Assembly (NCBI GenBank): GCA_012295275.1
Contig: CM022672.1
Coordinates: forward strand, 16,802,001-16,866,000
Length of the DNA: 64,000 nucleotides
Reading direction: 5' to 3'
Source: Chrysomallon squamiferum
Taxonomy: Eukaryota > Animalia > Mollusca
Under the pieces are notes generated by a model. It had not been told where the DNA came from and ran no database searches. It saw nothing but the letters and a program-made list of their open reading frames with translations. How positions within the stretch are numbered: position 1 is the first letter of the stretch; the number at the start of each line of letters is the position of its first letter. The position numbers and the translations under genes are program-made. This document shows, piece by piece, positions 27,601 through 41,900 of the stretch.

Positions 27601-28792
27601 CCTGTGATTTACAGGTCTCTTTAACACCATGCATTACAGAGAAGTTGTAATCTTGCACCATTATATGTTTCTACATAGTCTTATAGATGGTTACTTCATA
27701 CTTTTCATATTTAAGTGCATCCTTAATGATACAAACTAATGGTGTAAATATATTTTGTGCTTTTGTTTATAGTAGTTTTATATGAAACAAAAATATGAAT
27801 TTGTTGCTTATGAAAGTTTTCTTTGCCACTGTGGGAGATGGTCAAATTCATTTTGATGCAAGAGACCTGAAAAAACAACACACGAAAAATTATCTCATCC
27901 AAACTGAGTTCACAAACAATAAAAACAACAAAGAAACACATTTTAAGTAGTTTTAGGTTGATAGTTAAAAGTGGAAATTTGCTTTTTAATTAATAACTGC
28001 TATTTTAACATAATTGCAAAAATCATAACATTTTATCTTCTCCAGTGGTGTTGTAAAGTTTCAGATATAGAGAAAGATCAAATATTTTTCTGTCTACACT
28101 AAAAAAACCTAATCAATCCCACAGATTACACTGATATTACAGAGCAGCCATGAATAACCTGTAACTGGACTCTTTAATCTATTATTCTCTTGTTATTAAC
28201 AAAGAGTGGTAAACAAAATGTTCATTTCATTCTCTTGAAACCTGTCATAGGATAATATTGTTTATGGTAAATATTAATATCTTTCATTGTTGTTGTTGTT
28301 TGTTTATTTTTATTTTTATTTATTAAATTTATTCATTTATTCTTATTTATTTTTGTATTATTATTTGTTATTAGTTTATTTATAGGTGATTTTTTATCTG
28401 ATTTAATTTAATTTTATAATAATTAATACATTTTATTTCTTTTAACTGGCAGTTTATATATATATATATATGCTTACATGGTAGATGTATCTTACATGTG
28501 TGTTTTATCAATTTTCTTTTTAATCTGTAATCATTAAACAATGACAACATAATAGATTTCTATAAATGTGGTCCCCAGTGTAAAATTTCAAAATTAAATT
28601 TATACCTCTACTTCTGCCTCCTTCAGTATTCATTAAGTATTATGCAAACATTTATAGAAATGAAATAGAATTGTATGGTTTATAATAATCAGTTTCAAAA
28701 TGATATTTTATTTATATTAAAAAGTAACAGAATTATCATATTTACATAGAAATTAGTATAAAGAAAGTTTTAATATTATTTCTGTTTCATCC

Positions 28793-28824
<32 letters not shown>

Positions 28825-29181
28825 TTTTTTATTATTATTATAATTATTTGTTAATATAAATTTAAACTTTTAATATTACTTCTAAGTTGATCAGTAAGTA
28901 TTTAACATTAAAGTTTCCTTTAAGTTTTAACTTCTTCAGAACACCAAATTGTTGGAGGTCAAAACATATTAATGAAATTTGTCTGCCATTAAAGTGTTTC
29001 TGATTATTTTGTAGCAAAAATTATAAATAATTTTTCAGGTTCCAGCTTACCAAGTGATTACATTTCAAATACTAATGATAGCGTAATTGAAATAGATATC
29101 ATCTTCCGAAATTCATCACAGAAAAACTCTTTTGAAGCATTCTACACATTTGTATCAAAAGGTTTGTTATTTTTTGTCTTG

Positions 29182-29238
<57 letters not shown>

Positions 29239-30969
29239 GTCATCATTATCATTATTATTATTATTATAATTATTATCATTATCATTATTAGTATTTTTGT
29301 TATCGTCATCATTATTATTATTATTAATTTATAATTATGTAAATAAAGTCCTTCTGATTTTCCTTCTTGTCTATTGTTTTTCTTTTCCTTTATTTTTTTT
29401 CTTACATTATCCTCCTTTCTTTTCTTCAGTGGCATATTTTCCTGTTTATGTAATAATCTATATAGACAGAGATATACACACCATTTTTACGTGTTTTTAC
29501 AATCGTTGTTTTCATGGTTTTGTGTTATAGTGTCTTCAAAGAAACAACTCGGCAAAGACACACACAAAGTAATCAGACAAAATGAAATCATTTCTCCTCT
29601 TGAAGAGTACCGTTTCATTTTTGAAAACAAAAACAATGGAACGACCACCATCAAGGTGAACATCTCCGAAATCACAGTTACCCCAGGAACGGTTAATGTG
29701 ATTGTCACTGATGGAGGATCCATTAGCAGCCGTGTTCTTTTGGACACTGAACATCATACTTCGAGCATAAAAGGTTAAAAAAAGAAAAATGCACGCTCAT
29801 TCACAAATATTCACAAGTTAAAAAAAGAAAAATGCACGCTCATTCACAAATATTCACAAGTTAAAAAAAGAAAAATGCACGCTCATTCACAAATAATCAC
29901 ATGAACATACTATACTATACTTAGACAATTGCTCATGCATATATTTTCACACAATTACCAAAACTTACACAAACACATACACCAGGAAAATGTTTGGATT
30001 GGTTTTTAATGTATAGTACATATTTTAATAAACAACATGATAATTTTAGAAAACATAATGCACAATATTTAAAAGAAACACTGATAGTTAGCCATTTATG
30101 TGTTGTTCACAACAAGGATAGGTTGAAATGGGGTTTAGGGTTATTTTTTCTAATTTTAGGTTAATTAACTGAAGAAAATATTTATATATTTGTGTGCGAG
30201 TATGTATCAGAGATAACCTGTAAATGTATAAAACGTAATTTTAGACTGATTTAGGTTCCGGCTGACACTTCCTTTTAAATACATGAAAACAACTTACAAC
30301 ACAGTTTGAACAACATTTTACATGACAGAAATAAGCAAAGAAGCATTTTGAAAAATAACTTCCCATGCATTTTGCTTCAATTAAATTGTATTATCATTTT
30401 TGCAGATAAGCTGGTTATAACTAGTGGCAGAATGGTAACGATTCAGATTATTAATGGATACAAGTTGTCACATATAAACTATAGTATTATACTGGAAAGC
30501 GAAGGTAAGATTTATTTGGAGGGGTTTTATTGGGTCTTGAGATTTTACTTGATCATTGTATCAAAGAAAAGGTCATATCCATTATAGAATATTCTTTCAT
30601 TGTTTTTTTTGGTTTTTTTAAATCCTTCTGCAGCTAGACTCATTTTATTAAATAATTTTTGATGAAATTATGCCCTGAGTTAATTAATGATATTGCTTTA
30701 TCATATTCAGCAATTATCTTTAATAAATGCCTTATAAGATAGTTAAAAGCATTATGAACATAAGAATTTTGGAAATGTAAAACATATTACTCATTCCAGA
30801 TATGTGAGGGAGTGTGTGTGTCTGAGTGGGTGATTAGCATTTTCAAGTTCTGACAACTAACTTTATTAATTTTTGATTAATTATTGCATAAAGCATCTCT
30901 TGCTTTATTTTAATTTATATATAATTTAATTTGTTATAAGTTTCATTGATTTTTTTTTTCATCACAAAT

Positions 30970-31044
<75 letters not shown>

Positions 31045-31432
31045 TTGTCTCTCAGGATTTTGAATAACTGATAAATGACATTTATATATTGTCTGATTTA
31101 CAGCTGATGGAACTCACTTGTTCAACAAAGGAACTGTTACTCTTAAGAATCGTGCAAAAACTCCACCAACAGTTTACTACCATTTCTCTTCTCCTGTAGA
31201 CCAACAGGTATCCATGACAATTTGGCCTGTGTTTTTATTTAAGATTAACCTATACAGACATTTATCTTTAGTAAGAAAAGTCTTCCTTTCTGTTTCGTTC
31301 ACTAACAATGACGTTAGCCATAAATGTTGACAGAAATTAACATTTGATTATTTTATGAGTAATTTTCCACTATTTTATTCACTTGAATATTTATCTTTTC
31401 TTCTACAGTTTTGGGTTGGAGTTTTGTGTGTA

Positions 31433-31465
<33 letters not shown>

Positions 31466-33264
31466 TCTTTCTTTTTTTTAATTCATTGTTTGGTTCAAAT
31501 TTTTGTTGTTGTTGTTGTTATTACAAAACAAATAGTCCAGCCTACAATGAAGAGAATAAAACAAGCAGAAATAGTAACGTCAATAACACTGACAACAAAA
31601 GTAAATTATTTATTTTATTTCATATTTGGCATCAAATAAATTACGGTAAAGTTACATGCTGTAAGTTTTCCCACCTTAATAGCTTATAAAAGTTAAATTC
31701 AAGAAAAAACAAGAAATAAAACCTTAAAAGTTATCTTGAGTATATGATTTTTTTTTTAAAAACGGTTATGAAATTATGAAACAAACATACTAAATGACAT
31801 AACAATTAATTATATATATAACAAAGTGCTGTCCATGCTTGTGATTTCACATTATTTATAGAAAGTAAACAAAACTATAAGATTTTTCAGTGAAAAAGTA
31901 CACATGTGTGTAGAATATAGTTGTCTGCATACAGTGGTCTGTGTTTGGCATGTGTGTTTTAATGTTCTTATTAAGCATTAAGGATTAACTACTTAATGTC
32001 TTTCATTCTCATTATCACTGTAGGCATTTGTTATATTTCATTATTTCTAATTAAACATTTGAGGTGTAATATCAAAATGATCAGTATTTCTGGGTTTTAT
32101 CTTTCATTATATGAAAAAGCAACTTCCAGACTTATTTTAAGTCTTTTCTTAGACACAACCATCAAATATTAACATCAACTGTTTCTAGAAAATTCACACG
32201 TTTGCACCATTGCTAGCCTGTTAATTCTTTGCACTCTTTCAACAATTGAGTCTTCTTCCAGATGAGCATCATTATAAGGCTCCATTTGGTTGGATGATGT
32301 GCCATCTGGCTCCATGCTGTGCATCACCTGATTGGCCATTTGTAAAATCTCTTCCCATTTCTTTTCCTGATAGTATTTGTACATTTGTCGTATGTTTTCT
32401 GCTATTGTCTTGCGATGCATTTTTTTAATGGCTTGGTTGGTTTTCTTCATTTGAACCAGCTTCATCAACTGGGTATTATTATTGAGTATGTATTGATCTG
32501 AAGATAAAAAAAGTGCATTTGTTAAATGTTGAATAGAGCTATATTATATGAATGGCGTGAGCTGGTTAGTATTTTTTGGTCAATCCTTGTTTAACAAAAA
32601 TAATTTTATATTTTTTAAAAGTCTACATATTTAAATGATAGTTTTCATTTTTTTTAAATTAAATGATTCAGTGAGAGAATTTTATAAAATTGGTTCCATA
32701 ACAGACACTGATTACACAGAGTAATGGCACTGAAAAAACAAAGAATGAATGGATGTTTTAAGAATACTTCAACACATTTAATATTACTGGGTTCTAACTA
32801 CTATGTGTTTGTTTTCTGATATCACGATGGTGCATGAAAGACAGTATGTTTCTTCTGTTCCATGGACAACTTTTATTGATTAGCTGCATAGAACTGTTTT
32901 TATACATCTTGAAAATTTAATGAACAAGTAAATAAATAGCAGTTTTAATAAACACATCATTATAAGACACAGCTCAGCATGCAACCGTTCATGTCTCTGA
33001 CTCACACTATAATCTATGAGTGATAGAAGAAACAAGTAAGACTGCATACAAAAAATGTGAATCTGCTTGGGCAAAATGATCTGATACAAACATTTGTCTG
33101 TGAAATGATTTGTTTGAAAATGCAAGTTCTACATTTGGATTGTTTTTAATGTGCCACTTCTTATAAATCAATAGAATAACTTTTTTTTTAATAAAATTTT
33201 ATTCAGAAAATGCATGTGTGTGAGTGTGTGTATGTATGTGTGTGTGTGTGTGTGTGTGTCTCTG

Positions 33265-33312
<48 letters not shown>

Positions 33313-36300
33313 GATCTTTAATATATGTATACGTGTTGTATCTGTATCTATCTATCTATCTATATATATATATATATATATATTAAGAAACATTTTTAGA
33401 AATATTTATAGGAGGCACACAAAATTACCAAATATAAAACTAAATTATACTTAGAAAGTTATACAGCATAAAGTGATAAAAACAGAAACAAAAAAGGGTA
33501 TTACTTTCCATAATGTTTAAATATTATTGCCTTCCAGTACTTAACTAAAAGTATTATTATTTTTTGTTTGTTTTGGAATATGTACTCACCAAGCTGTGCA
33601 ATCTGTTTCACAGTTTTGTCATGTATCTTCAAGAGACATCGTAATTCCTTCATCACTTTCACTATATCCATGTCTGTTATTGTTGTTCCAAAATGTTTCA
33701 ACTGGATGTTCACTTGAAATTGAGAAATTTAGTTCCTTTTTCATGCACAAGAGCTTTTATAAAAATGCTTTTTTCACTGTTACTTCAGTATATCATCAGT
33801 TGATATGTCCCACAACAGAATTTTTTTAGTCTAAATCTTCCACTTTAGAAAGCTATGCATTTAGTATTCGTACACAAACATGTACACACATTCTCTTTTA
33901 AATACTCTGTTAACAATGTTGTTCAACTTTCTAACTACTTTATGAATAAAGATCTCACTGTGTCACTTTTATAACACTTTTAAAACCTTAACATTACATA
34001 TAATAAATGCTGTTACCATGATGCATATACACATCACACTATTATCATAATACACTGGAGAACCAACAACATACAGTTTGATGTTAGTAACCAATCACAG
34101 CTTGTAATTAGTAATTTCACAGTTGTTTTGTAATTACCATAATTATTTACTCACTTGTTTCCTAATTACCATACATATATTTTTCAAACAATCATGACTG
34201 TTAAGACTTTTGATAATTAGAAGTTAAATCTCACTGTATGAGGAACAAAGATGTGTCTAATCTGATACTTAAAGAGGCAGACTATTCACGATTAATTAAA
34301 TAATGATTGTTGTAAAAATATAACAGCTGATAATTAAGCATAATGAAATTAAGTTTTTAATGATGATGATATATAAAAAAAAAAAAAAAAAAAAGGTGCA
34401 TATTTTATACAATTTAAATTAATGTTTCTCTTTATAATAAGGATTATTATTGTTACTGTTGTTGTCATTACAAATATATGTATTTGAATCTGGGGTTTTT
34501 TCCTACAGTATTTTGTCAACATCATGATTATCAAAAGCAGATAATTTTAAAGAATTCAGAACTGAGATTAAAGAATATCTGATTAATGAGGGTTTGTTTT
34601 AATATTAACAGTTTCTACGTAAATAAATATTTAGTATTGATTTTTGTTTGGATTTTAAATTTCTTAAATTTTTTTTTTTTTTTGGATGTTTAATTTTTTA
34701 TGTTGGTTTTAGTTCGGGAAGGAAGGAGGATAATAATTCAAGAGAAAAATCATGAACAGGCTACCTTATCAGTTAGCAGGTTGGGATCTGTTTAGAGCCA
34801 TTTTCTTATAGCAAAAAAACTCACCTTTGATAAGCCTGTCATGGGGCACTGGTTTTAATGGGAAATTGCCCAACAGATGTCACAAACTAGATTGCGACAC
34901 TAAGCTCTGAACTATATATCTTTGAAATAATTAATACCCAAGTACTGAATTTAACTGTCAATGTGAAATGAAAATGGACTTTATGGATGTAATCTTTATT
35001 TAATTATTTAAAATCTGTTGTTGTTTTTTTATATATATATATCAATAATTAATGAAGATACTGAAAATATTTATGATATAATTTGTGTACATGTATATAA
35101 TTAATATATTTTTTTTCACCTTTTTTTTTTTGTAGGCTCAAGTAACAGTGAATCCAGTTGCTAAAAATACACTCTTGTATCCCACAGCAAGCATCTCTTT
35201 TTACGATGGTCTGCAACTGGATAGCCCTTTCCTGGTTAAGTTTAAGTAAGTGATAATGTATGTGTTACATATGCCTCAGTTTAATTTAGTTTTAGCATTT
35301 TCCTTTAATTTTTGTAAGTAGTATCATCACCCCTACTGCACTGTATTGCATAGTTCAGCTCAGATATTCAATTAGACACTGTTTATTAGAAGTTGTTTTT
35401 CACTAAATATTTATTTATTAATTCAAAGTCCTGTTTTGTTGTTTTTCTTCTTACTTTTATTATTATTATTTTTAAATTTGATTATAATTTTTTTTATTAT
35501 CTTTTGTCCTAGTTATTGATATACATGATTTTGTTTTTACTGTTTTTCCAGACATCTTATGCATTATTATAATTTTTAATTTAAATCTTTGAAAATAAAA
35601 ACAGGAAATTTCAATTTTACATATTTGGTATAAGTAATTTGCCTTTCATATATTTTGTCTTTATTTTATTATTATTTGACCATGAGAATGGAAGTTTGAT
35701 TTTTATCATTCCCTTCCTAAATGATGTCAGATGGGCTGAAGAAATACACTCTGTTGAGCATCCTAACGCCAAGAATAAATATAAATTGATATTACAAGAA
35801 TAAAGGGTTAATGAAAAATAAGAAATAATGTAAAATCAAAATGGAAATAATATGAAGAAAAAAAGTCTTTTCTTTGATGGTAAATTCATATGTCAGTTCT
35901 CATGGTCTTATGCACATTTTTTTTATTTCCATGGCTTTCCTGTTTATATTTAATTCAAAAATTGTTTTTATTATTTATATTTTATGTAACCATTGTGTTT
36001 GTGGTTCTTTTAGGATTCCTAATAAAACAGAGTTAAGGTAATGCTTTTTACAAATAATTGGTTTATTTCCCTTTTCTTTCTTTCTTTCATTACTTTTTTA
36101 TTTTTTTTTTTTTTTTTTGTAATTATTAATTTATTTTTGTTATTGGATTGTTGTTTGTTTGCTTGCGTTTACTGTCACTCAATTACTGACACAATTGCTT
36201 GTTTTCACTGACATCATCAGCTTGAGCTGCATACCAGTTTGCAGTGTAACACTGCCATTTTGTTATCAGTTAATGTGATAAACTTTAATTTGTGTAATCC

Positions 36301-38086
36301 AGATTGATTAAATTCTGAAATTCATATCTATAATGTATATAAGAACGTTTATTATTTTGCAGTTAATAACAAAGATATACTTTTGATAAATACAACATAT
36401 TTATTTTTGGTGGATTTCTGCTTGGTGTATTTGATTTAGCCAGAAGGATGATGTCATGTGAAAACAAGCAGTAAAAAGATCACGGGCTGTGGTAATAATC
36501 AGATAATTTAAAAAGCAAATGATTTGTGTGCATGCCTTTGCATGGCTGACAACACTACAGCATGTATATGTTTCACCATTTTTGTACAGATTTCTTTCAG
36601 TAAGTACTGGCACCCAAAATTTTATCTTGGATCAATAACTGTCATATTTTTTTCTTTGTTATAAAATTTTTATAGAAAAACCCCACCAAAAAAGGTATGT
36701 TTCTATGTTTAGTCCCGCAAAACTTACGCTTGAAAATGTTCTCAGTTGTTTCAGTTATTATTATTATTTATAAGAAAAGCTTATATGAAAACATATCCAG
36801 TTATTTACCAGAATAAAGTGAAATGAAGGGTAAAACACGCTAATATTAAAGTCAAAGTCAAACTGGTTAATATGTGCAATATAACAATAGCAAATCACTA
36901 ATGTGAACTTTCTCAAACAAAAAGTATGAGTGTTTTTTAAAGCCCTTTGTATCACTTCATTTTCAAGGTAAGTCTCATAATAAAATATTGTTACTAGCAG
37001 AAATTGCTTTTTCAAAAAGTATTTTTGATCAGAGAATCATCAGTTCAAACAACTAATGGATGATATATTTGTAATGCTAGGGTGTTGAATGAAGCATAAT
37101 TTTACATTTGAGCTTAGGTGATCTGTTATCAGCATAATTTTTATTTTAAGAAGAAATATATTCATTCATATACTGTTTTTAACATTAGTATAATAAAAAA
37201 TAAACAGTTTTTACCTCTAGAAAATATGCTTAATTTGTTTATGATCTATTTTTTTTAAATTAAACCCTATTTTTTTTTTTTCATTTTTACTTTTAAATTA
37301 ATATTTTATTTTAAGTACAATATTTAAGTTTATATTCTTTTTATATTAAAGTATAAGCATCTCATTTAAAGTAATCTTAATGCAGATTCTGAGATTCTGT
37401 TAATTTAAATGAAGCTCTGCAATTAGGTAAAGTTTACATGTTGTGACATCAGATATTTCTGTTAGCTGGTGAAGTATCTAAGTATTGCTTTTAAATACAA
37501 CATAAATATCTGATTTTGTTATTAGTGTTTTATTGATAACTAAATGTACATGTGAATTTATATGTAAAATGAAGTTCGAATCATGCTAATTAAGAAAAAT
37601 CAAACATCTTTTAATTGTTTTTCATTTATTTATACCCTTTAATGAATTAATTTCAAAAAATAATAATAAATTAAAAAATAAAATAAATTAAAAAATAAAT
37701 AAAAATAAAAATAATTATAATGATAAAAAAATTGTAAATGAAATGTATAGAAATTCAAATAATATTTTTAAAATGTTCCTCAAATGCATTCATATAAACA
37801 CTTGCACACGACAGATACAGGAACACAAATATAAACAAACATGCACAAAACATACAAAAATCACATGTAGATAACTGTTATGTGAAATACTCAGTAAATT
37901 TATAGTCATAAAGGAGAAAAAAATTATAATAATAAATTCCGTAAAGATAAATAATTAACTTGTAATTTTAGTTGTTTAAAACACTCTGTTTAGGCAGAGA
38001 AAAAAGACATTTCTTTAACTGATAGTGTTTATAATTTTAAAAACAAAAAATCTCATTTAACAATAATTACTTAACCATTACTTATA

Positions 38087-38120
<34 letters not shown>

Positions 38121-38406
38121 TATTTTTTTTTTTTTTTTCAGAACTTCTACACCATTTTTTCCAGTCATAGCTTCAGGTAACTCTCTGCTGATGGTGGCTG
38201 AAAACTTCAGTGGTGCACAGAACTTCACTGCCAACTTCATAAGCATTCCTAAAGGTATTTAACAAAAAAGAAAAGCTCAAAGACAATTAGCTTTTGTTTT
38301 TTTGTTTTGTTTTGCATTGTTTTGTTTTCTGGGTTGTGGTATACAATCCTAAAAATTATTTATTTATTTATTTATTTATATATTATTATTATTATTATTA
38401 TTATTA

Positions 38407-38449
<43 letters not shown>

Positions 38450-38868
38450 CTTGTTCTACTTGATGGTTTCTTGACATTTAATTTAAACAAATGATTTCAA
38501 AATAATATTTTGTCATAAATATTTTATTTTTTAACTGTTGCACCATTGTTTTTTTCTTCTAATTACTGAATGAAATTACTAAAGATTCACTGTTTCAAAA
38601 TATTATTCTATTCTTTCCTTTTAGTATTCTTTAGTACTTGAATTATTTTTTATATACAGTATGTTATATGATTATTGGAAACATTTAGATATTACTGTTT
38701 TCACTTATTTTGGATTGTTTTTACATTTCAGGATGTAATGTTACTGCTTCAGGAGCCAAGGGAAGTTACTCTCTGAATTATAATGTAGTCCAGGGACAGT
38801 TATGCCAGTGGACAATTCCTTTCCAAGCAAAAGGAGGTACCAGTTTAAAAACAATTATATTTTGTTAC

Positions 38869-38914
<46 letters not shown>

Positions 38915-41900
38915 TAATCCATTATGAATATTAAAACAAATTAAAATAACAATAATAATAATATAAAAATACTCAGTCATAAAACTTTATTGTTGTTATT
39001 GTTCATTTAAATTTACTTGTCATTACAGATTTTTAATTCATTTATTTAATTTTTTTATTTATTATTATTATTTATTTATTTATTTTATTTATTTATTTAT
39101 TTATTTTTTTTGCCTCTACAAATATTACTAATATATTTTATTTAAGACATACATTTTAAACTAATAATTTTGATAGAATTTTATTACCATTTTATTTTAT
39201 ATTTATTTATTATACTTTTTACATACAAGAAGAAACAATTATCATATCACCACAAACACTGACATTTGAAGACAACCAGACAGTGACCATCTACAGTGGA
39301 ATACTGGACAACGTCCAGTCCCTTAAGATATTCACCAGGAACAGTTCAAAGGAATTACTGCCACAGATCACTGTTCAAGCCTCAAAAGGAGCAGAGTAAG
39401 TCCATTGTTGAAGTAACCTTTATATCTGAAGCAGTCTAACAGCAGTGTCTTAAGGTGTCGTTACACCTTTCTGAGTGATTGTGAATATGAGAACGAATGT
39501 GATATGACATTTTAATTGATATGCTTATTAAAAGGATTACAGTCAGGATGGTTTTTTGTGTCTGTAAGAGAGCATTTCTGTTTTATCTGCATGTTGCTTA
39601 AGAACAAATTAATAATAGGGTTTTTTTTTTTTTTTTTTTTTACAGAACCATATTGGATAAGATTTTACTGATTTTATCATTCATATAACAGTGTTTAATT
39701 AGTTAACTTAACTCTTGTGTGTTATAAAGTTATTGAATGTTTTGCTTACAGATAAAATACTATAGACTAATACAACATCTTTAGCCAAGATTTTATGTAA
39801 TAAATATTTTGGGTTTTATTTATCATTCCACAGGGTCATATTCAGATCAGAAAACACATGCAGGGTGAACTGTACCAAACCAGTTGTGTCACTGGACTTC
39901 ACTGTTAAAGCCAAGGGTTTGTAAAATGTTTAACATTTTTAATATCAATGACTAGCATAATTAAAATATTGCAAAGGGGTCATATGCCATATGTATAAGT
40001 AGATGAAGGGCGATATTCACCATTATGGTGCATCTTAACCAGGCGCATGCAAAAATGTGGAGTGTTTTTGAAACTATTGGTTTCAGTTGCAGCATCCTAA
40101 ATGCACAAACAGTTTGAGCTAGGATGCCGAGATTGAAATCAATGGTTTCTAAAAACATTGCTTGTGTCACTTGCATCATATGCACTCACTTAGGATACAG
40201 CTTTAGCTCATAAATGAAGGGTAGATTGCTGTCATTATTAAAACATTTAAATGGCAGGCCATATGCAATCTTTGGATCATAGGTTGCTGGTACCTAATTA
40301 CTGTAAACAGTAGAAGACTGGGTAAATTATTTTTGTATGTTTCTCTATTCTGTACCATGCAGGATAAATTATTTTCTATATGCTATTTTTTTACATTTCT
40401 CTAAGTTATTCTCAGTTTCCTGTTGTTTATGTTTTTGTTGCATCTTGCATTTTCATGAGCTTGTTATTTTTATGTTATAGGCTACATTTAAAAAAAAAAA
40501 AAAAAAAAAAAAAGAATCACTTTGAAATAAAATGTAATTAGACTATTTATTCATACAGTTTAAGCTGTCAGGAGTAAAATAAATAAATTAAATGTGTAAC
40601 ATTTTTCAACCAGCAACTCTGTATCTAGCAGATATATGGTTTGTTTAGTTATTTAAATGTGCATTTATCATAAAGTTCAATAATTACATAGAAATGTTGT
40701 TTAAATAATGGTATCTTAATTAAATCTTTCAAATTAATTTTTGCTTTATTGATCTGTATAATATAACTGTTTTATCTACTTGTAAATATCAAAAAAAAAG
40801 AAAGAAAAAGCAATTAAAACATTTTTATTAAATTAAAATGATTTGTCAGTGAGATAGGTTCTGACCAAACAGTGTTTTCATTGTGCCTGCATACTTATTA
40901 TGTAACTTCTTTTCTTTCCCACTCCCACAGATTCACTGTGTGGCAAGTCTTTCTTGAAATCTTCCAGTGGCAGCCTGACAAGTCCAAACTTTCCACGTAT
41001 GTACCCACTGAATGCTCAGTGTACCTGGCAGACACATTCTGTGGCAGCCAACATGACCAAGCTCCTCTATCTCCAGTTCAGTACGTTCAAGTTGAGCAAG
41101 GGACATAAGTTTGAAATCCGCAACAAGAAAAAGAAGATCTTAGCATCCTTCACTGGAACAACTCTTCCAAAAGATGTCCTCCTTCCTGCCAGTTTGCTGT
41201 CCCTGAAGTTTTCAGCAGATCCAGGCAACCATTCACAATGGAGTGAGGTTGATCAGGGTTTCTCAGCTAAATACACAGTACTAGGTATAATGTTCATGCT
41301 ATTTAATATTAAAAATATCAGTTTACATATGGAATCAGAAAAAACTAGGGCATTGTAATGTTCTGAACTGAATAAGGTGCTTTGTTTTATTTATTTCTAT
41401 TTTATCATACATCGACTAAATTGTACAATAATTAGACTAAACAGGGACAACAAAAGAGAATTTTATAAGCACCTGACATCATAGTAGACAAGGTTCATTT
41501 GTATTTTGTAACAATTCAATACAAATAATTATTTTATTTTTATTTTTTGGTAATGATGGCCCAGGTCACTCTACATATTTATTATCATGGATACTTGATA
41601 ATAAAGAATTTTATTTTTGAAAAAATACAAACAATTTCATATTCTTTTGTTTAACCAAAGTATCAGTAGTATAAACAAAACTATAAGTATTTGTGAACTA
41701 AAAATATAAGTAGATTCAACTACCACAAGTAGTCTGACAAAAAAAGTAAGTAACATTATTTTATTTATTTATTTTTTATTTTTTTCCTAATTTTGTTGTA
41801 ATTTGTATAGACTGTGGAGGCAGATACACAAATAGGTCAGATAAAATCTCTTCACCAACCAATTCGTCTGGTACCTGTGTTTGGATAATCACATTGCCAT

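Noticed and set aside
29774-29901. Regularly spaced repeats as a CRISPR-like array
   Set aside because: Head-to-tail units with no spacers, a eukaryotic intron context and no cas genes.
34716-34915. Possible SINE-like remnant (similar-looking patches at about 7025-7135 and 32740-32800)
   Set aside because: The resemblance is only from memory of molluscan repeats; no clear A/B boxes or TSD could be shown.
31208-35135. Donor GTATCCATG resembling a U12 GT-AG intron
   Set aside because: It mismatches RTATCCTT at +7. The 3' end has a long polypyrimidine tract plus TAG and no CCTTRAC branch point, so it is best read as U2-type.
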